A stretch of DNA of 34,290 nucleotides, taken from an uncultured Planctomycetaceae bacterium (lineage in GTDB: Bacteria; Planctomycetota; Planctomycetia; Pirellulales; UBA1268). This document shows positions 8,831 to 17,560 of this stretch, one piece after another. A program made the position numbers and the translations under genes. A model generated the notes under the pieces. It saw only the letters and a list, made by a program, of their open reading frames with translations. It was not told the origin of the DNA and ran no database searches. The stretch is from positions 1 to 34,290 of the forward strand of contig CAWUOA010000002.1 of assembly GCA_963923225.1 (NCBI GenBank), given 5' to 3'. Position 1 is the first letter of the stretch, and every line of letters begins with the position of its first letter.

Positions 8831-9871
8831 TCACTCCGGCAGGTGGAAGAAGCCGATCGCCAGGATCGCGTAGGCGGCGACGAGGAGCACCCCCTCGAAC
8901 CAATTCGCCCGGCCGTCCTGGATCAGCTCCCGCGTGATCACCGTGGCGAGCACGATCGACACCACCTCGAAGGAGGTGAAGGCGAGATCCATCGGCTGGC
9001 CGAGCAGGCGACCGGCGAGGACCAGCAGCGGCGCGACCAGCAGCACCGTCTGGATCGTCGAGCCGACCGTCGCGGCCAGCAGTAGCGAGGAGCGGCCCTG
9101 GCGGGCGAAGTGGATGCCCGAGAGGATCTCGCCCAGGCTCCCCACCACCCCGAGGAGCACCAGCCCGCTGAAGGTCTGCGAGAGGCCGAGGGCCGTCGCC
9201 GTCGGCTGGAGGGCGTTGGACATCGTCTCGCTCACCACCGCCAGCCCGGCCGCCGTGGCGGCGAGCACGGCGAGGCTCCGCCACGCCGGCTCGTGGGGAT
9301 GCTCGTCGATGATCGCCTCGTCCACGAGCAGGCCCGTCGCCGGGCTGCCCGAGAGGGTGACGACGACGTTCAGGGCGTAGATCGCCACCAGCACCAGCGC
9401 CATCTCCAGCGAGAGGTCGCGCGTGCCGTCGGGGGTGCCGAGGTTGAACACCGCCGGGACGATGAAGCAGAAGGCGCAGAGCACGAGCATCGACGAGCTG
9501 ATGCGGAGCCGCCCCGAATCGAAGCGCATGTCGCCGTGGCGCAGCCCCCCCGCCACCAGCGCCACCCCCAGGCCGAGGAGGAGGTTCGCGAGGATCGCCC
9601 CGGTGAGCGACGCCTTGACCACCGCCGAATAGCCGTTGGCCAGGGCCACCGTGCCGATGATCATCTCCGGCAGGTTGACGAGCGTCGCGTTGAGGAGCCC
9701 GCCGGAGGTGGCCCCGAGCTTGGCGGAGAGCCGCTCGGTGGCCCGGCCCATGATCCCGACGAGGGTGAAGATCGCGACCAGCGACAGCCCGAAGGCGACG
9801 ATCGCGGGGCCGCCGACGCGTTCCGTCGCCACCGCCAAGGGCACCGCCACGAGCGACCACAGACGAATCAT
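8831..9871 (-). CDS. cax: Ca2+/H+ antiporter (CaCA/CAX family) with divergent alpha-repeat signatures
   Basis: ATG at complement of 9869-9871 (MIRLWSLVAVPLAV...). About 11 hydrophobic segments. Sequences of the form GGLLNATLVNLPEMIIG...VVKASLTGAILANLLLGLG and LLGVVGSLGEILSGIHFARQG match the two alpha-repeat regions of CAX/ChaA exchangers. Confidence 0.85.
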   Translation of the reverse strand: MIRLWSLVAVPLAVATERVGGPAIVAFGLSLVAIFTLVGIMGRATERLSAKLGATSGGLLNATLVNLPEMIIGTVALANGYSAVVKASLTGAILANLLLGLGVALVAGGLRHGDMRFDSGRLRISSSMLVLCAFCFIVPAVFNLGTPDGTRDLSLEMALVLVAIYALNVVVTLSGSPATGLLVDEAIIDEHPHEPAWRSLAVLAATAAGLAVVSETMSNALQPTATALGLSQTFSGLVLLGVVGSLGEILSGIHFARQGRSSLLLAATVGSTIQTVLLVAPLLVLAGRLLGQPMDLAFTSFEVVSIVLATVITRELIQDGRANWFEGVLLVAAYAILAIGFFHLPE

Positions 9872-9873
9872 TG

Positions 9874-10268
9874 ATGCCCTTGCCCGCGCGGGATCGTGAT
9901 GAGGCCCGGTCCAGGTTGCCGGCCGCCCTGCGGGCAGGTCGCTCGGGAGGCCCCGGACTTCCCTTCGCCCTCGAACGGCTCGCGAGGATACCAGGGGAGG
10001 GTTCGAGATGGGATCCGGCGCGAAAGAGCCAGGTCCGCTCCCGGGGCGCCTCGCCGAATTCGCGGGCAACCGAGCCACGCCCGTCGTCGTTCGCCGCGAT
10101 CGCCGGAACCGACTCGCCCGACTGCCCGCGATCCACGCCGATCCCTTCGAGGGGATGTTGGTCGCCCAGGCGAAGACCGAGCCGCTCCTCCTGCTGACGA
10201 ACGACGCGATCCTCTCCGGTTACAGTGACTGCATCGAACTGGTCCCATCGAAGCCGCGCCGCGGGTGA
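9874..10268 (+). pseudogene. decayed PIN-domain (VapC-type) toxin remnant, frameshifted
   Basis: The C-terminal ~55 codons (from about 10050, frame of ORF 10008..10268) read LARLPAIHADPFEGMLVAQAKTEPLLLLTNDAILSGYSDCIELV. This matches the conserved HxDPFDRMLIAQA...LLTxD...Y end of PIN toxins. A different frame upstream (ORF 9871..10197) shows only faint PIN-like strings (RLPAALRAG, GSRWDPARK). The N-terminal acidic catalytic motif is not recognisable. Confidence 0.45.
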
Positions 10269-10313
10269 CGATCGTTCCGACCGAACGGCGTCGCCCGCGC
10301 CGATTCCTGGGGC

Positions 10314-11009
10314 TCAGGCCGCAGTCGGGCGACGCGGCTTCACCAGACACAGGCAGCCGAGGGCCAACGCCGCGACGGCCGCCCATCCGGCCGGGCCGAT
10401 CTCGGGGACCTGCTCCACGCGCATCTGGTAGGTGCCGTCACTGTCGGAGTCGCCGTAGACGAAGGTTCCGGAATCGGGGGCGTAGAAATAGCGGGTTCCC
10501 GTGACTCCGATGCCGGAGGCATTGTTCGAACCCAGCCAACTGGCCGCGGTGGGTCCATCGTTGACCAACCCGATCCAGTAGAAAGAATCGGCGGCGAGAT
10601 CGAAGGTCGATCCGGTCGCCCATCCGGGATCGGAGGCGGAAATCGTCACGAAGCTCGGATTCGACGTGTCGGTGCTCGTGACCGCCGAGTCGAAAAGGTC
10701 GAACAGGGCGAGCAGCGGACCGAGTTGGCCGCCGTCGTCGAGCGCCAAGAAGAGGATGTTGTCCCCCGTCGAGGCGGGATCGCTCGTGACCATCGCCAGG
10801 GTCACGCTCGCAAGCGCCGTGTCCCGGGGGCCGCTCGAGAACGACTGGCCACGGGCGTAGATACCCATCGACCAAGAATCGGTGGTCGGCACGGCCGGCG
10901 GAAGCGTGTCGAAGAGGACGTCGCCAACGGGCCCGGAAACCGCGGCGCACGGAGCGAGGCCGACGAGGACGGCGAACAGCGCGGGCAGGATCGAGGGAAT
11001 GGCACGCAT
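10314..11009 (-). CDS. secreted protein with a PEP-CTERM sorting signal
   Basis: ATG at complement of 11007-11009, 10 nt after GGAGGA (complement of 11020-11025). Signal peptide MRAIPSILPALFAVLVGLAPCAA. C-terminus VPEIGPAGWAAVAALALGCLCLVKPRRP (10317-10409) has the P-E-x motif, a hydrophobic helix and a basic cluster. Confidence 0.7.
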   Translation of the reverse strand: MRAIPSILPALFAVLVGLAPCAAVSGPVGDVLFDTLPPAVPTTDSWSMGIYARGQSFSSGPRDTALASVTLAMVTSDPASTGDNILFLALDDGGQLGPLLALFDLFDSAVTSTDTSNPSFVTISASDPGWATGSTFDLAADSFYWIGLVNDGPTAASWLGSNNASGIGVTGTRYFYAPDSGTFVYGDSDSDGTYQMRVEQVPEIGPAGWAAVAALALGCLCLVKPRRPTAA

Positions 11010-11120
11010 GGGGGTGGGTTCCTCCGTGGCCCGGACGGTATCATCTTTCCTCTCTCCGCCCCATCCCGAAAAGTGGCGCGACCCGGCGTCGCCCGGCCGC
11101 CGCGACGCCTCCGAGCAACG

Positions 11121-11213
11121 ATGTCCCCCGTACTCGCCATCGCCGGAGTGATCGCGACGGCGCTGGCGGTGTATCTCGTCGTGGCGATGCTCGCCCCGGA
11201 ACGGTTCTCATGA
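11121..11213 (+). CDS. kdpF: K+-transporting ATPase subunit F
   Basis: 30-codon [33 protein letters not shown]. The YLxxAMLxPERF ending is typical of KdpF. The stop overlaps the kdpA start (ATGA 11210-11213). Confidence 0.75.
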   Translation: MSPVLAIAGVIATALAVYLVVAMLAPERFS

Positions 11214-12910
11214 CGGCGGCGTGGGCGGAGATCGTCGCCATCCTGGCGCTGACGTGCCTCGCGGCCGTCGCGGCGGTCCCCTGGATCGCCGCCCTGTTTC
11301 CCGTCGACGCCGCGCGACCGGGGACGCCCCCGTGGATCGTCGGCGCCATCGAGCGGCCCTTCCTCCGGGCGGCCGGAGCGTGGCCGCCGCGCGAGACGGG
11401 GGCGGTGGAGTACGTCCGGGCGCTGGTGGTGATGCACGGCGCGGGTTTCGTCCTGCTCCTGGCGATCCTCCGATCGCAGGGATTCCTTCCCTGGAATCCG
11501 GCGGGGCTTCCGGCGGTGCCCTGGGGAATCGCCGTGAACACGGCGGCGAGCTTCGTCACCAACACCAATTGGCAGTCGTACGCCGGCGAGACGACCCTCT
11601 CCCCGCTCTCGCAGGTCTGTGGGCTCACCCTGCAGAACTTCGTCTCCGCGGCGATCGGCCTCTGCGCCCTGATGGCCCTGACACGAGGGTTCGTGCGGAC
11701 CGCCTCGCCCACGGTGGGGAACTTCTGGCAGGACCTCGTCCGCGCCACCGTGCTGCTCCTCCTTCCGCTGTCGACGATGCTCGCGCTGCTCCTGGTCTGG
11801 CAGGGGGTGCCGCAGTCGCTCGCCGCGACGGCCGGCGCCGGCGGCACGGGGCCGATCGCGACCCAGACGGCGATCGCGCTGGTCGGCAGCAACGGCGGCG
11901 GCTACTTCAACGCCAACGTCGCGCACCCGCTGGCCAATCCGACACCGCTCTCGAACGTCCTGGCGATCGTCGGCATGCTCGTCCTTCCGATCGCCGGCTG
12001 CCTGGCGTTCGGACGCATGGTGGGGGACCGCCGGCAGGGGCGAGCCATCCTCCTGGCCAACGTCCTCCTCTTCCTCCCGGCGCTGGCGGCGATCGTGGCC
12101 GCGGAGACGGCGCCGAACCCGCTTCTCCCCGAAGGCGTCGACCAGACCGCCACGCTCGAGCACGACGGCGGCTCCCTCGAGGGGAAGGAGGTGCGTTTCG
12201 GCAGCGGCGCGACGGCGCTGTTCGCCGCCTCCACCACCGCCACGAGCACCGGCGCCGTCGACGGCATGCACGACAGCCTGAGCCCGATCGGGGGCCTGGT
12301 GACGTTGTTCCTGATGCAGCTCGGCGAGGTCGTCTTCGGCGGCGTCGGCACGGGGGTGGCCGGGATGCTCGCCTACGCGGTGGTGGCGGTGTTCGTGGCC
12401 GGCCTGATGGTGGGCCGCAGCCCCGAATACCTCGGCAAGAAGATCGAGGCGCGGGAGATGAAGCTCGCGATGCTCGTCCTCCTCGTGCCCCCGATGCTCA
12501 CGCTGCTGGGCTCCGCCGCGGCCTGCGTCGTGCCGGGTGCCGCGGCCGCGGCGCCGAACCCCGGGCCGCACGGCTTCTCCGAGATGCTCTACGCCTTCAC
12601 CAGCGCCGCCAACAACAACGGCTCGGCCTTCGCGGGGCTCGACGCCTCGAGCCGGTTCTGGACGCTCTCGCTGGCCGCGGCGATGGCGGCCGGACGGCTC
12701 CTGTCGCTGGTGTGCCTGGTGCTCCTCGGCGGATCGCTCGCCGCGAAGCGGCCGGTGGCCGCGTCGATCGGCACGCTCCCCACCCACGGGCCGCTGTTCA
12801 TCGTGCTCCTCTCGGGCGTGGTGATCCTCGTCGGGGCGCTGTCCTTCGTGCCGGCACTGGCCCTGGGGCCGATCGCCGAGGCGCTGGCGCCGCCGGGAGC
12901 GACCCCATGA
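11210..12910 (+). CDS. kdpA: K+-transporting ATPase subunit A
   Basis: 566-aa polytopic protein with the KdpA hallmark ...[20 protein letters not shown]... and ...[13 protein letters not shown]... Confidence 0.95.
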   Translation: MTAAWAEIVAILALTCLAAVAAVPWIAALFPVDAARPGTPPWIVGAIERPFLRAAGAWPPRETGAVEYVRALVVMHGAGFVLLLAILRSQGFLPWNPAGLPAVPWGIAVNTAASFVTNTNWQSYAGETTLSPLSQVCGLTLQNFVSAAIGLCALMALTRGFVRTASPTVGNFWQDLVRATVLLLLPLSTMLALLLVWQGVPQSLAATAGAGGTGPIATQTAIALVGSNGGGYFNANVAHPLANPTPLSNVLAIVGMLVLPIAGCLAFGRMVGDRRQGRAILLANVLLFLPALAAIVAAETAPNPLLPEGVDQTATLEHDGGSLEGKEVRFGSGATALFAASTTATSTGAVDGMHDSLSPIGGLVTLFLMQLGEVVFGGVGTGVAGMLAYAVVAVFVAGLMVGRSPEYLGKKIEAREMKLAMLVLLVPPMLTLLGSAAACVVPGAAAAAPNPGPHGFSEMLYAFTSAANNNGSAFAGLDASSRFWTLSLAAAMAAGRLLSLVCLVLLGGSLAAKRPVAASIGTLPTHGPLFIVLLSGVVILVGALSFVPALALGPIAEALAPPGATP

Positions 12911-14994
12911 GCGGGCGGACGACGACGGGACGCGAATCCGGCCCCTTCGGCGACGGCGCGGCCCTCGCGGCGGCGCTGGCGGGGGCGATCGCGAAGCTCG
13001 ATCCGCGGCGGATGGTCCGCTCGCCGGTGATGTTCACCGTCGAGGTCGGCGCCGTGGCGATCACGGGCCTGGCGGTCCTGCGGGCGCTGGGGCAGGAGGG
13101 CCCGGAACCGGCCGCCTTCGTGGCGGCGGTGGCGGCCGGCTTGTGGGCCACGGTGCTCTTCGCCACCTTCGCCGAATCGCTCGCCGAGGGGCGTGGGCGT
13201 GCCCAGGCCGACGCCATGCGGGCCCTGCGCCGCGACACGCCGGCGAAGCGATTGGCGGCGCCGTCGCGCGACGCGGCGGTCGAGACGGTGGCCTCGCCGC
13301 TGCTGCGGGCCGGCGACCACGTCCTCGTCGAGGCCGGCGACGTCGTCCCCGGCGACGGCGAGGTGGTCGACGGCGTCGCGAGCGTCGACGAGAGCGCCAT
13401 CACCGGCGAGAGCGCGCCGGTGATCCGCGAGAGCGGCGGCGACCGCGACGCCGTCACCGGAGGCACGAGGCTCCTCTCCGACTGGCTCGTGGTGCGGATC
13501 ACCGCCGACCCCGGCGACAGCTTCCTCGACCGGATGATCGGCCTCATCGAAGGAGCGTCGCGGCAGAAGACCCCCAACGAGATCGCGCTCGACATTCTCC
13601 TGGCGGGGCTGACGCTCGTGTTCCTCGTGGTCACCGTCACGCTCCTCCCCTTCTCCATGCACGCGGCGGCGACGGCGGGCCGCGGGCAGCCGATCGGGCT
13701 GGCGGTGCTCGCGGCACTGTTCGTGTGCCTCGCACCGACGACGATCGGCGGCCTCCTGCCCGCGATCGGGATCGCCGGGATCGACCGGATGGTGCGGGCC
13801 AACGTCCTGGCCAAGAGCGGCCGGGCCGTCGAGGCGGCCGGCGACGTCGACGTCCTCCTCCTCGACAAGACCGGGACGATCACCCTCGGCAACCGCCAGG
13901 CCGCCGCGTTCCTCCCCGCCGCGGGCGTGAGCGAGCGCGACCTCGCCGACGCGGCGCAGCTGGCGAGCCTCGCCGACGAGACGCCGGAGGGGCGGTCGAT
14001 CGTGGTCCTCGCCAAGGAGCGGTACGGACTGCGCGGCCGCGATCTCGGCACGCTGGGGGCGACCTTCGTCCCCTTCACGGCGCAGACCCGCATGAGCGGC
14101 GTCGACCTCGACGGACGGCGGATCCGCAAGGGGGCCCGGGACGCGGTCGTCCGCCACGTCGAGCAGGCGGGGGGAACGGTTCCCGCCGACGTGTCGGCGA
14201 TCTGCGACACCGTCGCCAAGGCAGGGTCGACGCCCCTGGTGGTCGCCGACGGCACGCGGGTTCTCGGCGTCGTCGAGCTCAAGGACATCGTCAAGGGGGG
14301 AATCGCGGAACGATTCCGGGATTTGCGCGCGATGGGGATCCGCACCGTGATGATCACGGGCGACAACCCGCTCACCGCCGCGGCGATCGCCGCGGAGGCC
14401 GGGGTGGACGACTACCTCGCCGAGGCCACGCCCGAGGCCAAGCTCGCCACGATCCGCCGTTACCAGGAAGAGGGCCATCTGGTGGCGATGACCGGCGACG
14501 GCACCAACGACGCCCCGGCGCTGGCCCAGGCCGACGTCGCCGTGGCGATGAACTCCGGCACGCAGGCGGCGAAGGAAGCGGGCAACATGGTCGACCTCGA
14601 CAGCGACCCGACCAAGCTGCTGGAGATCGTCCACGTCGGCAAGCAGCTCCTCATGACACGCGGCAGCCTCACCACCTTCAGCCTCGCCAACGACATCGCC
14701 AAGTATTTCGTGATCCTTCCGGCGGCCTTCGGCGGGATCTATCCCTGGCTCGGCCGCCTCGATCTCCTCCGCCTCCACTCTCCCTCGAGCGCCGTGCTCG
14801 CGGCGGTGGCCTTCAACGCGCTGGTGATCGTGGGGCTCGTGCCGATGGCCATGAAGGGGGTCGCCTACCGGCCCAGGCCCGCGGCGGAATTGCTCCGCGC
14901 CAACCTCCTGGTCTGGGGCCTCGGAGGCCTCCTCCTTCCCTTCCCCTGCATCAAGGCGCTCGACCTCCTCCTCGCCGCACTCGGGGTGCCCTGA
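12907..14994 (+). CDS. kdpB: K+-transporting P-type ATPase subunit B
   Basis: ATG 12907 overlaps the kdpA stop. P-type motifs [17 protein letters not shown] and [19 protein letters not shown], plus [14 protein letters not shown] at the N-terminus. Confidence 0.95.
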   Translation: MSGRTTTGRESGPFGDGAALAAALAGAIAKLDPRRMVRSPVMFTVEVGAVAITGLAVLRALGQEGPEPAAFVAAVAAGLWATVLFATFAESLAEGRGRAQADAMRALRRDTPAKRLAAPSRDAAVETVASPLLRAGDHVLVEAGDVVPGDGEVVDGVASVDESAITGESAPVIRESGGDRDAVTGGTRLLSDWLVVRITADPGDSFLDRMIGLIEGASRQKTPNEIALDILLAGLTLVFLVVTVTLLPFSMHAAATAGRGQPIGLAVLAALFVCLAPTTIGGLLPAIGIAGIDRMVRANVLAKSGRAVEAAGDVDVLLLDKTGTITLGNRQAAAFLPAAGVSERDLADAAQLASLADETPEGRSIVVLAKERYGLRGRDLGTLGATFVPFTAQTRMSGVDLDGRRIRKGARDAVVRHVEQAGGTVPADVSAICDTVAKAGSTPLVVADGTRVLGVVELKDIVKGGIAERFRDLRAMGIRTVMITGDNPLTAAAIAAEAGVDDYLAEATPEAKLATIRRYQEEGHLVAMTGDGTNDAPALAQADVAVAMNSGTQAAKEAGNMVDLDSDPTKLLEIVHVGKQLLMTRGSLTTFSLANDIAKYFVILPAAFGGIYPWLGRLDLLRLHSPSSAVLAAVAFNALVIVGLVPMAMKGVAYRPRPAAELLRANLLVWGLGGLLLPFPCIKALDLLLAALGVP

Positions 14995-15578
14995 TGGATC
15001 TCCCCTCCGGCCGGCCCGGCTCCCTCGGCGCGGACGCGCGTGCCGCGATCCTCCTCCTCGCCGCGTTCACGGGGCTTTCCACGCTCTACGCCGCGGGCGT
15101 GGCGGCGATCGCGGCACTGCTCCCCCGCGAATCGCCCGCGATCGCCACCCCCGGCGCCGGCCGCACGGGCCCGGAGTGGTTCCACGGCCGGCCGGATCCC
15201 GCGGCCGGAGGCGTCTCGGGGGGGAGCAATCTGGGGCCGACCAACCCCGCCCTCGCCGCCGCCGTGGCGGGCCGCGTGGAGGCGGTGCGCGCGGAGAATC
15301 CGTCCCACACCGGTCCGGTGCCCGTCGATCTGGTCACCGCCAGCGCCAGCGGCCTCGATCCCCACCTCTCCCCCGCGGCGGTGCGTCTGCAGGTGCCGCG
15401 CGTGGCGGCTGCGAGGGGCTTGCCGGAAGCGGAGGTGCGCGACCTCGTGGAGCGGTCGGTCGAGCCGCGTTCGCTCGGGCTCTTCGGCCACCCGCGGATC
15501 GACGTCGCCGAGCTCAACGAACGCCTCGCCCGGCTCCCCGCGTCGAGCCGCCCGACGACCGCCGACGGTGTTCCATGA
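14994..15578 (+). CDS. kdpC: K+-transporting ATPase subunit C
   Basis: ATG 14994 shares 1 nt with the kdpB stop. N-terminal TM helix, then GGSNLGPTNPALAAAV, VDLVTASASGLDPHLSPAAV and VPRVAAARGL, all KdpC-like. Confidence 0.85.
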   Translation: MDLPSGRPGSLGADARAAILLLAAFTGLSTLYAAGVAAIAALLPRESPAIATPGAGRTGPEWFHGRPDPAAGGVSGGSNLGPTNPALAAAVAGRVEAVRAENPSHTGPVPVDLVTASASGLDPHLSPAAVRLQVPRVAAARGLPEAEVRDLVERSVEPRSLGLFGHPRIDVAELNERLARLPASSRPTTADGVP

Positions 15579-17560
15579 CCCGCGATCCGGACCGCCCCGA
15601 CCCCGACGCCCTCCTGGCGGAGATCACGAAGCAGGAGCGGGCCGCACGCCGCGGGAGGCTCCGCATCTTCTTCGGCTTCTCGCCCGGCGTCGGCAAGACC
15701 TACTCCATGCTCGAGGCCGCGGGGCGGCTGCGCGCCGACGGGATCGACGTCGTGGCGGGGATCGTCGAGACCCACGGCCGCGCGGAGACGGCGCGGCTCC
15801 TCGAAGGCATCGAAACACTGCCCCGGCTCGAGGTCCCCTACCGTGGCCACGTGCTCCACGAGTTCGACCTCGACGGGGCGGTCGCCAGGCGGCCGGCGCT
15901 GGTGCTGGTCGACGAGCTCGCCCACACCAACGCCCCCGGGCTGCGCCACGGGAAGCGCTGGCAGGACGTCTTCGACCTGCTCGACTCCGGGATCGACGTC
16001 TTCACCACGCTCAACGTCCAGCACGTGGAGAGCGTCGTCGACCTCGTCGAGCGGGCGACCGGGATCCGTGTCCGGGAGACCGTCCCCGACACGGTGCTCG
16101 ACAGGGCCGACGAGATCGAGCTCGTCGACGTCCCCCCCGAGGTGCTGCTGGAGCGCCTCCGCGACGGGAAGATCTATCTTCCGGACGTCGCCAGCCGGGC
16201 CGTCGACCGCTTCTTCAAGCGGTCCAACCTCCTCCACCTGCGCGAGCTCGCGCTGCTCCGCGTCGCCCGGCGCGTCGGCGCCGACGCCGAGGAGACGCGG
16301 CGTGGCGGAGCCCGCCCCAATCCGGGCACCACCGAGCGGATCGTCGTCGGCGTGGGGGAGGGGTTCGGATCGGCGCGCGCCATCCGCGACGCCGCGCGGA
16401 TCGCGGCGGGCCTGCGGGCGGACTGGGTGGCGGTGCACGTCCGGCGGCCGTTCGCCCGGCCGCCGCTGGAGACCACGGCGGCACGGCTGGAGGCGAACCT
16501 CCGCCTCGCCGAGTCGATGGGCGCCCGGGTGGAGCGGGTCGTGGGGGCGTCGGTCGCCGCGGCGCTCCTCGACGAGGCCCGCCGCATCGACGCCACGCGG
16601 ATCGTCGTCGGCCGGCCCGGGCGCACGGGATGGCCCGAGCCGTTCCGCGAGAACGTCCTCGACCGCCTGGTGCGCGAAGGCGGGCCGGTGGACGTCGTCG
16701 TGGCGGGGGAGCCCGAACGGACCGACGACGGCGTCGCGCAGCCCGTCGGCGCGGCGGCGCCGCTGGCGCTCGGGCCGGCGATCGCTGGCGCCGTGGCGAT
16801 CTCCGTCGGGGCGGCGCTCGCCGTCGGCCGGTGGCTGAGGCCCTGGGTCGACGACCACGACATGGCGCTGTTGGCGCTGTTGATCGTGGTGTCGGCGTCG
16901 CTCCGCTTCGGACGCGCCGCGGGAATCCTCGCGGTCCTGCTTTCGGCCCTGGGGATCGACCTGCTCTTCCTCCACCCGGAGTTCAACCTGGCGATCGCCG
17001 ACACCAAGAAGGTCGTGTCGCTCGTCCTCCTCCTCTCGGTGGGCATCGTCGTCGCCGAGTTGATCGTCCGGACGCGGGCGCAGCGCGAGGGGGCGCTCGC
17101 CTCCGAACGGCGCGTGCGCCGGCTCCTCGAGCTCTCGCGCCGCCTGGCGACGGCGGTCGACGTCGACGAGGCCGCGAAGGCACTTGCCGAGACGGCCTCC
17201 GAGGTCGTCGCCGCGGGGGCCGAGGTGATGCTCGCCGAGCCGTCGGGGGAGCTGCGCGCCGCCGCCCGTACGGGTTCCCTTCCCCACGCCGCGGCCGGCT
17301 CGGGCGTCGTGCTGTGGAGCCACGCCTTCGGCCAGCCCGCCGGCCGTGGCACCGAGACCCTCCCCGGCTCGGGCGTCTTCTGTCTGCCGCTCCGCGAGGC
17401 GGGCCGGACGCGGGGCGTGCTCGTCATCGACGCCGATCCGCCGAGATCCCTCTCGCGCGACGAACGCGAGCTCCTCGAATCCGCGGCGCGCCAGACCGCC
17501 GCCCGACTCGCCGTCCTCCCTCCGGCCGATCGTCTCCCCCCCGGGCCCCATCCCCGATGA
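15575..17560 (+). CDS. kdpD: KdpD-like sensor lacking the histidine kinase core (KdpD N-terminal domain, Usp-like, 4-TM region, GAF-like)
   Basis: ATG 15575 (ATGA overlap with kdpC). RLRIFFGFSPGVGKTYSMLEAA...VVAGIVETHGRAET...LDELAHTN... is the KdpD N-terminal domain. Hydrophobic block about 16740-17060. The GAF-like tail ends ...ERELLESAARQTAARLAVLPPADRLPPGPHPR-stop. No H-box and no N/G1/G2 ATPase boxes anywhere in the 661 aa. Confidence 0.85.
   Translation: MTRDPDRPDPDALLAEITKQERAARRGRLRIFFGFSPGVGKTYSMLEAAGRLRADGIDVVAGIVETHGRAETARLLEGIETLPRLEVPYRGHVLHEFDLDGAVARRPALVLVDELAHTNAPGLRHGKRWQDVFDLLDSGIDVFTTLNVQHVESVVDLVERATGIRVRETVPDTVLDRADEIELVDVPPEVLLERLRDGKIYLPDVASRAVDRFFKRSNLLHLRELALLRVARRVGADAEETRRGGARPNPGTTERIVVGVGEGFGSARAIRDAARIAAGLRADWVAVHVRRPFARPPLETTAARLEANLRLAESMGARVERVVGASVAAALLDEARRIDATRIVVGRPGRTGWPEPFRENVLDRLVREGGPVDVVVAGEPERTDDGVAQPVGAAAPLALGPAIAGAVAISVGAALAVGRWLRPWVDDHDMALLALLIVVSASLRFGRAAGILAVLLSALGIDLLFLHPEFNLAIADTKKVVSLVLLLSVGIVVAELIVRTRAQREGALASERRVRRLLELSRRLATAVDVDEAAKALAETASEVVAAGAEVMLAEPSGELRAAARTGSLPHAAAGSGVVLWSHAFGQPAGRGTETLPGSGVFCLPLREAGRTRGVLVIDADPPRSLSRDERELLESAARQTAARLAVLPPADRLPPGPHPR

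Noticed and set aside
7941-10136. 731-aa ORF-track entry read as a single large gene
   Set aside because: Only the last 261 codons (from ATG 8726, with a good GGAGGA) form a GNAT protein. The upstream 470 codons are an out-of-frame read across the cax gene and give junk sequence.
11010-11120. Possible riboswitch or leader (e.g. c-di-AMP class) in front of kdpF
   Set aside because: The whole divergent intergenic region is only 111 nt and must also hold the promoter and SD of the PEP-CTERM gene. I could not recognise any conserved riboswitch core by eye. It would need an Rfam scan.
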